A DNA stretch of 63,605 bases, filler included, from Octopus bimaculoides (taxonomy: Eukaryota): the NCBI RefSeq assembly GCF_001194135.2. It is 5 parts of 5 records of this genome, joined end to end, with 100 filler letters (N's around TTAATTAATTAA, not from the genome) between each part and the next. Parts side by side here need not be neighbours in the genome. Positions count along the whole stretch, not along the records: positions 15,783 to 40,156 come from NC_068986.1; 4 more parts are not named here. One strand, written 5' to 3'. The notes beneath the pieces were generated by a model. It saw nothing but the letters and a program-made list of their open reading frames with translations, did no database searches and was not told the origin of the DNA. Positions 23,544 through 35,115 of this stretch are shown piece after piece (within the stretch, counting starts at the first letter, position 1; each line of letters opens with the position of its first letter). Both the position numbers and the translations under genes were made by a program.

Positions 23544-24860
23544 NNNNNNNNNNNNNNNNNNNNNNNNNNNNNNNNNNNNNNNNNNNNNNNNNNNNNNNNN
23601 NNNNNNNNNNNNNNNNNNNNNNNNNNNNNNNNNNNNNNNNNNNNNNNNNNNNNNNNNNNNNNNNNNNNNNNNNNNNNNNNNNNNNNNNNNNNNNNNNNNN
23701 NNNNNNNNNNNNNNNNNNNNNNNNNNNNNNNNNNNNNNNNNNNNNNNNNNNNNNNNNNNNNNNNNNNNNNNNNNNNNNNNNNNNNNNNNNNNNNNNNNNN
23801 NNNNNNNNNNNNNNNNNNNNNNNNNNNNNNNNNNNNNNNNNNNNNNNNNNNNNNNNNNNNNNNNNNNNNNNNNNNNNNNNNNNNNNNNNNNNNNNNNNNN
23901 NNNNNNNNNNNNNNNNNNNNNNNNNNNNNNNNNNNNNNNNNNNNNNNNNNNNNNNNNNNNNNNNNNNNNNNNNNNNNNNNNNNNNNNNNNNNNNNNNNNN
24001 NNNNNNNNNNNNNNNNNNNNNNNNNNNNNNNNNNNNNNNNNNNNNNNNNNNNNNNNNNNNNNNNNNNNNNNNNNNNNNNNNNNNNNNNNNNNNNNNNNNN
24101 NNNNNNNNNNNNNNNNNNNNNNNNNNNNNNNNNNNNNNNNNNNNNNNNNNNNNNNNNNNNNNNNNNNNNNNNNNNNNNNNNNNNNNNNNNNNNNNNNNNN
24201 NNNNNNNNNNNNNNNNNNNNNNNNNNNNNNNNNNNNNNNNNNNNNNNNNNNNNNNNNNNNNNNNNNNNNNNNNNNNNNNNNNNNNNNNNNNNNNNNNNNN
24301 NNNNNNNNNNNNNNNNNNNNNNNNNNNNNNNNNNNNNNNNNNNNNNNNNNTATATATATATATATATATATATATGCTCATAACAACTCTCAAATGAGTT
24401 TTCAATGTTGTTATTTCACAAAAGATGTATTAAGAAATGATTTATATTCTCATTTTTTGGAGCGAGAAAAAGAAAAAGAAAAAGAAAATACATTTCCCGT
24501 CACTTTTCTACATTTTCTACACATGGTTACCACACCGTGTCTGTACGAACCAATGAGAAGGCCTCGATGAGGCACATGACCTGCTAGAAATAGCAATTCA
24601 GACTCCCTAAAATCCCACTTCATATAGCCTTACATAAAGACACCTTGGATAATGTGATCATTGATCTCATTCGCATAGGAAAACTTGTGATTGTCATGGC
24701 TGGAATCTTGCTCTATTTGATTCGAGGGCAAACAACATCACCATCAACTACAACTGTGCTTATTTCTTGTTTCTAAATATGAGATTGTATTGATGTCTGT
24801 CTTTAGAAACGTGCCTTTATATATTTATTTATTTATTAATTCATATATTTATTTATTTAC

Positions 24861-25203
24861 GTGGAGGTGCATGGCTCAGTGGTTAGTGCATCGTGCTCAC
24901 AATCTTGAGGTGGTGAGTTTTGATTCCTGGACCGAGCTGTGTGTTGTGTTCTTGAGCAAGACACTTTATTTCACGTTGCTCCACTTCACTCAGCTGTAGA
25001 TATGAGTTGCGACGTCACTGGTGCCAAGCTGTATTGGCCTATACCTTCCCCTTGGGTAATATCAGTGGTGCGGAGAGGAGAAGCTGGTATGCATGGGGGA
25101 CTGCTGGTCTTCCATAAGCAACCTTGCCCAGACTTGTGCCTCAGAGGGGAACTTTCTAGGTACAATCCCATGGTCAATCGCGACCAAAGAGAATCTTTAC
25201 CCT
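24861..25203 (+). mobile_element. tRNA-derived SINE with CORE-like domain and tail Y
   Basis: TGGCTCAGTGG A box, GAGTTTTGATTCC B box, GTGTTCTTGAGCAAGACACTT CORE-like segment; colinear with 61085-61420. Confidence 0.85.
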
Positions 25204-25345
25204 TTACCTTATGTACATATAATGGTGCTGAGAGGGAGGCTGGTATGCATGGGCAACTGCTGGTTGAGAAGAAGCAGATGGTAACACGCTACCCACATAA
25301 TTCCTACCAGGAATAAGACCGAACCTAAGCCAAACGAAAATAATG

Positions 25346-25413
<68 letters not shown>

Positions 25414-25547
25414 TAATTCGTTTTATTGGCCACAAGGGCTAATATCAATTAAAAACATATAAGGACAAAGACAGGACGAAGGTTACAAAAGGTTTTGTCC
25501 GAAAAGGTAGGAAAGTTCGTCTAAACAGAGGAAGAAAACGGAGAAAG

Positions 25548-25608
<61 letters not shown>

Positions 25609-25609
<1 letters not shown>

Positions 25610-26144
25610 GCCCTGATGCAGTACCTGGCAGTGGCTCTCATAGCTTCTGTTATCGTGTACGTTGTTTTGTCTTGGTATAAAAGATGAGCTACAGCAAATA
25701 TTCTGCTTAATACCACAGATTTGCTTGTCAGTTGTTTGACCTTGACCAGTTGAGCATGTCCCTTGGTGGCTGACGATATGAGCATCTCTGATCAGGAGCA
25801 GAAGTAGTGGGGCATCATCATAGCCATGTGTTGAGAGGAATTCTTTGGGGTTTGAATAATTCACCTTTGGAAACATGGGTGTTTTGCTCAACATCTTTAA
25901 ACAAACCTTATTCAGGGACCTTTCGAGCGGGATGGGCTACTCGACCTGAAAAGAATTCTAACTGGGCCCCACCTACGAGGTCATGCGCTGTTTATCTTGA
26001 TATAAGATCACCATGTCGCGCACATATAGTTGTGATGTATGTGCCTGGTGTACCCTTATCAGACGGGTAGTCATGATGGGTATAATGGGCTTCGTATATT
26101 TTACCCCAGTGTCACTTTGATGGCATGCACTGCTCTCTCACTCC
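25609..26144. mobile_element. Family D copy 1, flanked by (AAT)n
   Basis: GCCCTGATGCAGTACC...CTGCTCTCTCACTCC with (AAT)n on both sides. Confidence 0.9.
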
Positions 26145-26188
<44 letters not shown>

Positions 26189-26686
26189 CGCCCGGATGCA
26201 GTACCAGGCAGTGGCTCTCATGGCTTCTGATCTTAACTGATGAGAAGTTCTATCATGTACATTGTTTTGTCTTGGTATAAAAAGATGGGCTACAGCAAAT
26301 ATTCTGCTCAGTACCACAGATTTGCTTGTCAGTTATTTGACCTTAACCAATTGAGCATGTCCCTTGATGGCTGAGGATATGTGCGTCTCTGATCATGAGC
26401 AGAAGTAGTGGGGGAGCATCATAGACATGTCTTGAGAGGAATTATTTGGGGTTTGAATAATTCACCTTTGGAAACATGGCTGTTTTGTTCAACATCCTTA
26501 AACAACCCCCATTGAAGGACCTTTGTGCGGGATGGGCTACTCGACCTGAAGAAAATTCTAACTGGGCCCCACCTGCGAGGTCATGCGTTGTGTACCCTTA
26601 TGAGACGGGTAGTCATGATGGGTATGCTGGGCTTTGTGTATTTGTACCTCAGTGTCACTTTGATGCCATGCACTGGTCTCTCACTC
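26189..26686. mobile_element. Family D copy 2, flanked by (AAT)n, with an internal deletion
   Basis: Colinear with copy 1 but missing the GTTTATCTTGATA...GTGCCTG segment. Confidence 0.9.
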
Positions 26687-26692
26687 AATAAC

Positions 26693-26743
<51 letters not shown>

Positions 26744-27486
26744 CTTTTCTACTATCTCTCCCTCTCCCTCTCTCCCTCTCTCTCTCTCTCTCTCTCTTCT
26801 TTCTAATTGAATGTCATTTCTCTCCNNNNNNNNNNNNNNNNNNNNNNNNNNNNNNNNNNNNNNNNNNNNNNNNNNNNNNNNNNNNNNNNNNNNNNNNNNN
26901 NNNNNNNNNNNNNNNNNNNNNNNNNNNNNNNNNNNNNNNNNNNNNNNNNNNNNNNNNNNNNNNNNNNNNNNNNNNNNNNNNNNNNNNNNNNNNNNNNNNN
27001 NNNNNNNNNNNNNNNNNNNNNNNNNNNNNNNNNNNNNNNNNNNNNNNNNNNNNNNNNNNNNNNNNNNNNNNNNNNNNNNNNNNNNNNNNNNNNNNNNNNN
27101 NNNNNNNNNNNNNNNNNNNNNNNNNNNNNNNNNNNNNNNNNNNNNNNNNNNNNNNNNNNNNNNNNNNNNNNNNNNNNNNNNNNNNNNNNNNNNNNNNNNN
27201 NNNNNNNNNNNNNNNNNNNNNNNNNNNNNNNNNNNNNNNNNNNNNNNNNNNNNNNNNNNNNNNNNNNNNNNNNNNNNNNNNNNNNNNNNNNNNNNNNNNN
27301 NNNNNNNNNNNNNNNNNNNNNNNNNNNNNNNNNNNNNNNNNNNNNNNNNNNNNNNNNNNNNNNNNNNNNNNNNNNNNNNNNNNNNNNNNNNNNNNNNNNN
27401 NNNNNNNNNNNNNNNNNNNNNNNNNNNNNNNNNNNNNNNNNNNNNNNNNNNNNNNNNNNNNNNNNNNNNNNNNNNNNNNNNNNNNN

Positions 27487-27517
<31 letters not shown>

Positions 27518-27624
27518 TGCATACATACATACATACATACCTACGTACACAGAGACATACAGACATTTAGACACATGTATGTATGTTAAATTCCCTCGGT
27601 TTTAAGCCAATACATTCACACACA

Positions 27625-27669
<45 letters not shown>

Positions 27670-27800
27670 ACACCTCAGTACATACCTATTTAATCTGACA
27701 CATGCATATACGTGTATGGATGTGTGTGTCTGAGTTCATATGTGTGTGTGTGTGTGTGCGTGCATGTGTGTGAGTATGTGTGTGGGTGGANNNNNNNNNN

Positions 27801-27855
<55 letters not shown>

Positions 27856-29669
27856 TGATTCACACCTTGTTAACCATGCTTGAGCAAGCTGAGCAAGTAA
27901 AGCGAATAAAGTTATTAGGCTTCCAGCAATTGTATGATCACAGTGTGAATAATTACTGGAGACAAATTTATTTGTCATATTGTCGCCCTAACAAAGGATG
28001 CTCAACAACAACAACAACAACAGCAACAACAACAACAACAACAACGACACTGTTGTCACCGCCAACACAAACACTACCGCCCCCACCACCACCAACACCA
28101 ACAACAATAACAGGATCATTGACACCACCGCCACCACACACATAGANNNNNNNNNNNNNNNNNNNNNNNNNNNNNNNNNNNNNNNNNNNNNNNNNNNNNN
28201 NNNNNNNNNNNNNNNNNNNNNNNNNNNNNNNNNNNNNNNNNNNNNNNNNNNNNNNNNNNNNNNNNNNNNNNNNNNNNNNNNNNNNNNNNNNNNNNNNNNN
28301 NNNNNNNNNNNNNNNNNNNNNNNNNNNNNNNNNNNNNNNNNNNNNNNNNNNNNNNNNNNNNNNNNNNNNNNNNNNNNNNNNNNNNNNNNNNNNNNNNNNN
28401 NNNNNNNNNNNNNNNNNNNNNNNNNNNNNNNNNNNNNNNNNNNNNNNNNNNNNNNNNNNNNNNNNNNNNNNNNNNNNNNNNNNNNNNNNNNNNNNNNNNN
28501 NNNNNNNNNNNNNNNNNNNNNNNNNNNNNNNNNNNNNNNNNNNNNNNNNNNNNNNNNNNNNNNNNNNNNNNNNNNNNNNNNNNNNNNNNNNNNNNNNNNN
28601 NNNNNNNNNNNNNNNNNNNNNNNNNNNNNNNNNNNNNNNNNNNNNNNNNNNNNNNNNNNNNNNNNNNNNNNNNNNNNNNNNNNNNNNNNNNNNNNNNNNN
28701 NNNNNNNNNNNNNNNNNNNNNNNNNNNNNNNNNNNNNNNNNNNNNNNNNNNNNNNNNNNNNNNNNNNNNNNNNNNNNNNNNNNNNNNNNNNNNNNNNNNN
28801 NNNNNNNNNNNNNNNNNNNNNNNNNNNNNNNNNNNNNNNNNNNNNNNNNNNNNNNNNNNNNNNNNNNNNNNNNNNNNNNNNNNNNNNNNNNNNNNNNNNN
28901 NNNNNNNNCCAATACCCTCGCCACCACTAGTCCCACCACCGTCACCACCACCATCACTGCTGTCGCCATTATCGGCCATCACCACAACCACCGCCATTGT
29001 ATGCCACCACCACCACCACCAATACCCTCGCCACCACTAGTCCCACCACCGTCACCACCACCATCACTGCTGTCGCCATTATCGGCCATCACCACAACCA
29101 CCGCCATTGTATGCCACCACCACGACCATTGCTTCCATTGTTACCCACCTATGTCACAACCATTGCCATTGTAACCTATTATCACTGCCACTATTTCTAT
29201 GTTTGCCTGTGACCGCCATATTTGCTCCGACAGCAAATACGACGACGACCACCACTACCACCACGTGACTACTACCACCGACTGTCGCCACAACTACCAC
29301 TACTATTATCACCCCTATCACAACTATCACTACCACCACCACCACTAAAACCCCATCACCACCACTACAACCACCACTACCACTAAAACCACACTATTAT
29401 TGACATTCACACCACCACCACTAACACTACAATAACAACTACCACTACCTCTACAATCACCACTACCACTACAACCACCACTAGCACCACCACCACTACC
29501 ACCAACCAGCAATACCATCCATCATCGCTATTTGTATTACTACCATAAGCAGCATACCATCAGACCAGCAAACAAACATCGCCACCACCATTATCGCAAA
29601 CGGTACAACCATCGACAAATTTTCCAACCATCGCTATTGTAAACACCATAATCCACGAGATAGCTTCTA

Positions 29670-30056
29670 CGCTAGACATACCAGCCTAATCTCACACAAT
29701 TCATTCTTTCCTGTCTTAAGAAGGATACGTTCCATAATGGAGCCAGCCGAAATTGTAAAGATAATTTGGATCTCGACCGAGGAAAGAAAATTCCGAATGA
29801 CCTGTCCTTGTTTTCTTTGTATCGTCTACCTGGATGTTTTGTTGTCCCTTGTATCACCTAACTGTCTGGATGTTTTGCGTCCTTGTCCCATTTTGTATTA
29901 TTTATATACATATATATANNNNNNNNNNNNNNNNNNNNNNNNNNNNNNNNNNNNNNNNNNNNNNNNNNNNNNNNNNNNNNNNNNNNNNNNNNNNNNNNNN
30001 NNNNNNNNNNNNNNNNNNNNNNNNNNNNNNNNNNNNNNNNNNNNNNNNNNTATATT

Positions 30057-30088
<32 letters not shown>

Positions 30089-30690
30089 GCGGCGTACGTA
30101 CACCTTGTCTCTTATATGTAAGCATACATTTTTTCTAAATCTTGTACGACTCTATTTCTGTCTAACAGCCCCTTCACCCTTATTCGTTCATTCCACAGTT
30201 CGTTCTTTCGTTCCCCTCGCTCACATTTCCTTGCCTTCTCTTCTTGCTCACTTTCCCTCCTCTCTTCACTTCACTGTGTCCCTGTCATTTTTTCTCGCCC
30301 CTNNNNNNNNNNCTCTTCACTTCACTGTGTCCCTGTCATTTTTTCTCGCCCCTCCTTAATTCTTTTGTCCCTCTGCCTCTACCTCTCTCTCTTCTCTTCC
30401 CACGTGACTGGCGTTCGGCTAAGCCTGATCTTTCTTTCTTGGCCGGCCGTTGTGCGTGCAACATCGAACATCGATATTCCTCCCTGTGCCTGTGAAATCT
30501 TGTATCCCTGCCGTAAGGCTTTATTTCGACACACGCCAGCTCAATTTAATTCGTCCTTAGTCGAAAGACATCTGTTGTTATATCCTGTTATTATTTTTTA
30601 TTGTATTTGTGTAACATTGTTCGTTTTTTTCCGTCCTTGTTTTTGTATACATTCGCTGCTTTCTTCCAAGGAATCTAACGCTCTTAGCGT
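29670..30690 (+). repeat. Repeat family E: 3' part, (TA)n/gap, then 5' and middle parts
   Basis: 29740-29900 and 30600-30690 match 6960-7265; 30085-30690 matches the inverted copy at 38095-38680. Confidence 0.8.
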
Positions 30691-30926
30691 AATATTTATT
30701 AGCGTAATATTTATTAGCGTAATATTTCTCCATATTCAAACATGATCACGTGGGAAATTGGAAATACAGAACACCTCTTGCATGACAGTGACACTCACTT
30801 ACAACAATTGCCCGATATCAAAGCAAGGAGACATTAAAATAAACACACACAGACGCATACAAACATATATGTATATATATATATACATGCATATATATTC
30901 ATACTCATGTAGATGTATGTATATAC

Positions 30927-31253
30927 AGGCGTAGGAGTGGCTGTGTGATAAGTAACTTGCTTAAGAACCACATGGTTCCGGTTTCAGTCCCATTGCGCGG
31001 CACCTTGGACAAGTGTCTTCTACTATAGCCTCGGGCCGGCCAAAGCCATGTGAGTGGATTTGGTAGACGGAAACTGAAAGGAGCCCGTCGTATATATGTA
31101 TATATATGTATGTATGTGTGTCTGTGTTTGTCCCCCCAACATCGCTTGACAACCGATGCTGGTCTGTTTACGTCCCCGTAATTTAGCGGTTCGGTAAAAG
31201 AGACCGATAGAATAAGTACTAGGCTTCCAAAGAATAAGTCCTGGGGTCGATTT
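30927..31253 (+). mobile_element. SINE family C, young copy running into a gap
   Basis: GGCGTAGGAGTGGCTGTGTG...GGTTTCAGTCCC...AAGTCCTGGGGTCGATTT. Confidence 0.9.
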
Positions 31254-32089
31254 NNNNNNNNNNNNNNNNNNNNNNNNNNNNNNNNNNNNNNNNNNNNNNN
31301 NNNNNNNNNNNNNNNNNNNNNNNNNNNNNNNNNNNNNNNNNNNNNNNNNNNNNNNNNNNNNNNNNNNNNNNNNNNNNNNNNNNNNNNNNNNNNNNNNNNN
31401 NNNNNNNNNNNNNNNNNNNNNNNNNNNNNNNNNNNNNNNNNNNNNNNNNNNNNNNNNNNNNNNNNNNNNNNNNNNNNNNNNNNNNNNNNNNNNNNNNNNN
31501 NNNNNNNNNNNNNNNNNNNNNNNNNNNNNNNNNNNNNNNNNNNNNNNNNNNNNNNNNNNNNNNNNNNNNNNNNNNNNNNNNNNNNNNNNNNNNNNNNNNN
31601 NNNNNNNNNNNNNNNNNNNNNNNNNNNNNNNNNNNNNNNNNNNNNNNNNNNNNNNNNNNNNNNNNNNNNNNNNNNNNNNNNNNNNNNNNNNNNNNNNNNN
31701 NNNNNNNNNNNNNNNNNNNNNNNNNNNNNNNNNNNNNNNNNNNNNNNNNNNNNNNNNNNNNNNNNNNNNNNNNNNNNNNNNNNNNNNNNNNNNNNNNNNN
31801 NNNNNNNNNNNNNNNNNNNNNNNNNNNNNNNNNNNNNNNNNNNNNNNNNNNNNNNNNNNNNNNNNNNNNNNNNNNNNNNNNNNNNNNNNNNNNNNNNNNN
31901 NNNNNNNNNNNNNNNNNNNNNNNNNNNNNNNNNNNNNNNNNNNNNNNNNNNNNNNNNNNNNNNNNNNNNNNNNNNNNNNNNNNNNNNNNNNNNNNNNNNN
32001 NNNNNNNNNNNNNNNNNNNNNNNNNNNNNNNNNNNNNNNNNNNNNNNNNNNNNNNNNNNNNNNNNNNNNNNNNNNNNNNNNNNNNNNNN

Positions 32090-32490
32090 TTTATGCCGCG
32101 GCAGCAAAGAACAGCAAGTTTCAAGATGACATGTCATTTGATGCTCGTTCAGTTCGTGTGTTACCCACTTGTCCAGCTTCTTTACCTTGCCGATTTGTTT
32201 TAGATGGGCCAATACAGTTGGAATCGAAACATCAACCCTTGCTGCTAACTCACACCTAGTCTGAGATGTATCCACTTCCACTACAGTTTCCAGCTCATCA
32301 TTATCTACCTTGGTCTCAGGTCTACCAAGGGGCTGATTTTCAAGAATAACTCCTCAAACTATTGACGGTCAGTGCGCTCATTCGCCACATCTTCACCAAA
32401 CACCTCATTGGCGTTTCGAGCTGTCTAGGATGCATTGGTTCCACGACGGAACTCATATTCATAAACAACATGAATTTCTTATCTATCCAT
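32090..32490 (-). mobile_element. mariner transposase N-terminal pseudogene fragment
   Basis: YEYEFRRGTNA, GRPETKVDNDEL, HLKQIGKVKKLDKWVTHEL (WVPHEL-like motif); in-frame stops. Confidence 0.9.
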
Positions 32491-32760
32491 GGGTTCACAG
32501 AAATTGATTTATAAGAGAAAATATAATCACAATATAAACAGACAACATGAATTGTATTTCGAAAAGTGATGTAACTCTTCAATGTTGTAAAACATTGTCA
32601 GGTTAAAACAATAGAGTTAATGACTGTCAAACTTGGTACATAAGAAATTCGAACATTTCAGTCTGGTGGTGGTGGTGGTGGTGGTGGTTTTGGTGGTGAT
32701 GAGCGGTGGTGGTGCTGCTGCTGCCGCTGGAGGAGGAGGCGGAGGTATTGGTTTCCACAG

Positions 32761-32851
32761 GACGTGGAACCATTTCCTGGATGGAATGCAAATTGCTGCT
32801 CTACCAAAACTTGCCTGAGGCACAGACACATCTCGTGGCCAAGTTCTCAGC
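32761..32851 (+). CDS. Candidate host exon encoding part of an EF-hand-like pair ((G)RGTISWMECKLLLYQNLPEAQTHLVAKFS(A))
   Basis: GGTTTCCACAG acceptor, C|GTAAGT donor, 91 nt. GxGTISWxE fits EF-loop positions 4-12, followed by helix-linker-LxxxF. Confidence 0.5.
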
Positions 32852-33819
32852 GTAAGTTTCAAATCTCGAACCATTTCTTCGAGTTGAAACCATTCTGCCA
32901 CTTCAACATATCTCAACTGCGTCGTTGAATTTCTATTGCGGCGGGGGGGAGGGGGCGCTACTATGATGATGATGTCATTGTTGATGGGGAGAGGAGGAGG
33001 AGGATGGTGACGACAACGGTGTCAATGACTGTGGTGGTGGTGATAGTGGAGGCGGCGGTCACGTTGACAAGAACGGCGATGTCGACTTTAATGATAAGGA
33101 GGAGGACCGCGACAACGACCGTGATGATAATAATGGTGGTGGTGATGGCGGTGTTGTCGTCGTCGCCGTCATCATCGTTGTCATCGACGGTGGCGGCGCC
33201 GGCGGCGGTGGTGGTGGTGGTAGTGATGCTGGTGCTGCAGCTGGTGCTATTGCTGGTGCCGGTGGTGCTGGTGATAAAGCTATGGAGGTGAAAACGACAC
33301 ACACACGTGTGTGTGTGTGTGTATGTGCGATGTTGTGTTTGTGCGAGTATGAGTGTGTGTGTGTGTGTGTGTTTATGCGTGGTGGGTAAGATGGATTAGT
33401 ATCATTCATGGACGTTTATCGTCATTTAAAAATGTAGGCTTTCAAACGAGAAATGACACACATATATCACCGAACATGACCTACCGACCGATCAGTCATC
33501 CAACTCAACCAACCAACCGGTTCGCCGATCAGCAAAGTAGCCCACCAGCCGACCGGCTAACCAAAACTCACTCAGCTGAAGCAGCTAAATTTACCAGCAA
33601 AGCAGCCCGTCTCTGGCAGCCAACTAACAAATTGCTCTCCAACAACTGTTATGTTATATACATAATAGTATTACCGTGTAGGCGTAGCATAGCCAAATGG
33701 GTAAGAAGTTCTCTTAGCAACCACAAGATCATGGGTTCAATATCACTGCGGGGCATCTTGGGCAAATATTGATTTCAGATTTTAGCGCAAGGCTTGCAAT
33801 TTCTTGATGGAAATGGGTA

Positions 33820-34174
33820 AGCCGTTTACATCCACCCCAGTGTCCAACTGATACTTATTTTCAGATTTTGGCAGAATTTGAACTCAGAACGTAGCGGCAG
33901 ACGAAATACCACTAAGCATCTCGCCTGGCATGCTAACGTTTCTTATTTCTTTACTACCCACAAGGAGCTACACACAGAGGGGACAAACAAGGACAGACAG
34001 ACGGGTTAAGTCGATTATATCGACCCCAGTGCGTAACTGGTACTTATTTAATCGACCCCGAAAGGATGAAAGGCAAAGTGGACCTCGGCGGAATTTGAAC
34101 TCAGAACGTAACGGCAGACGAAATACTGCTAAGCATTTCGCCCGGCGTGCTATCGTTTCTGCCAGCTCGCCGCC
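33820..34174 (-). mobile_element. SINE family B head-to-tail dimer
   Basis: Junction TAACGTTTC|TTATTTCTTTA at 33942/33943. Confidence 0.9.
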
Positions 34175-34243
34175 TTAATTATTACTTTCAAATTTTGGCA
34201 CGAGACCAGTAATTCTGGTGGGTGAGGGATAAGTCGATTAGAT

Positions 34244-34552
34244 CGAAAACGATATTTGATTTCCATTTNNNNNNNNNNNNNNNNNNNNNNNNNNNNNNNN
34301 NNNNNNNNNNNNNNNNNNNNNNNNNNNNNNNNNNNNNNNNNNNNNNNNNNNNNNNNNNNNNNNNNTTTACTCAAGAACACAGCGTATCACCTGGTCCAGC
34401 CGAAGCCGACTTTGCGTTTCATGCTTTCAGTGTCGATGAAATAAGTACCGGCTTCGGCTGGACCAGGTGATACGCTGTGTTCTTGAGTAAAACGCATAAT
34501 CTCACGTTACTCTGCTGGATTAGCCAGAAATGGAAATCAAATATCGTTTTCG
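34244..34552. repeat. Inverted duplication (foldback) with 40-bp spacer
   Basis: 34366-34408 is the exact reverse complement of 34449-34491; 34244-34268 is the exact reverse complement of 34528-34552. Confidence 0.9.
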
Positions 34553-34959
34553 TATACGAAACGTCGTAACTTTCGGTACTAGCTATTATTTCTATAGAAA
34601 ACCTGCAGAAATAACTTGGGCAAATGCCATTCTTTTTTCTATAGTGTCAGCCAGGAGCAACAGCGTGTTACAGTGTATGACAAAGCTGCTTTTGAATCAC
34701 AAGTACAATTTACCAAATTTCAGTCACAAGATATGGGTCAATTCGAGGCAATAAGAAATGACATTTACCCAAGATGTCAAGGCACATTATTACTAAAGGC
34801 TTACGTAAATAGAACAGTTTGAATATGACACGCATGCTTCACAGCTTGGCTCAATTACTAAAAACTACGCTAATAGCGACTTGTGTTAATGTTATGCAGT
34901 ACTACAAAATATACCTCTAGATTTTTAGTCAACAGTGTATGAAATAAACAGAACTGTAA

Positions 34960-35115
34960 GTAGTGGCGTAGTAGTAAGGTGTTGTACTCACGATCGAGAG
35001 ATCGTGGTTTCACTTCCTGGCTGGACCAGGTGGTATGCTGTGTCCTTGAGTAAAACACGTAATCTCACGTTACCCTGCCGGATTAAACACAAGAGGAAAT
35101 CAAATATCGTTTTTA
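34960..35115 (+). mobile_element. Diverged CORE-like SINE head
   Basis: GTGGCGTAGTAGTAAGG...GCTGTGTCCTTGAGTAAAACAC; related to the palindrome arms. Confidence 0.65.

Noticed and set aside
25345-26743. CRISPR-like alternation of (AAT)n and unique blocks
   Set aside because: The repeats are variable-length microsatellites, the 'spacers' are ~500-bp homologous copies, the context is eukaryotic and there are no cas genes
27860-28000. Short frames open on both strands between microsatellites
   Set aside because: No good acceptor on the plus strand, only a moderate donor on the minus strand, and no recognisable motif
28910-29520. Mucin-like Thr/Pro-rich coding region
   Set aside because: ACC/ACT simple repeats with stops and frame changes. 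The 110-bp tandem duplication (28910/29020) abuts a gap and may be an artefact
30255-30352. Direct repeat across a 10-N gap
   Set aside because: Typical unmerged contig overlap
19209-32761. Direct splice of 19096-19209 to the EF frame (…HFD-GRGTISW)
   Set aside because: It needs one extra G, which canonical GT-AG splicing cannot supply
32816-32933. Alternative minus-strand exon (NSTTQLRYVEVAEWFQLEEMVRDLKL...) with a GC donor
   Set aside because: It overlaps the plus-strand candidate, which has canonical GT-AG sites and a recognisable motif. Not excluded, but less supported
34645-34804. Phase-compatible next exon (VSQEQQRVTVYDKAAF...)
   Set aside because: The 3' part looks like an old inverted SINE C, donors are weak, and it does not continue the EF-hand pattern
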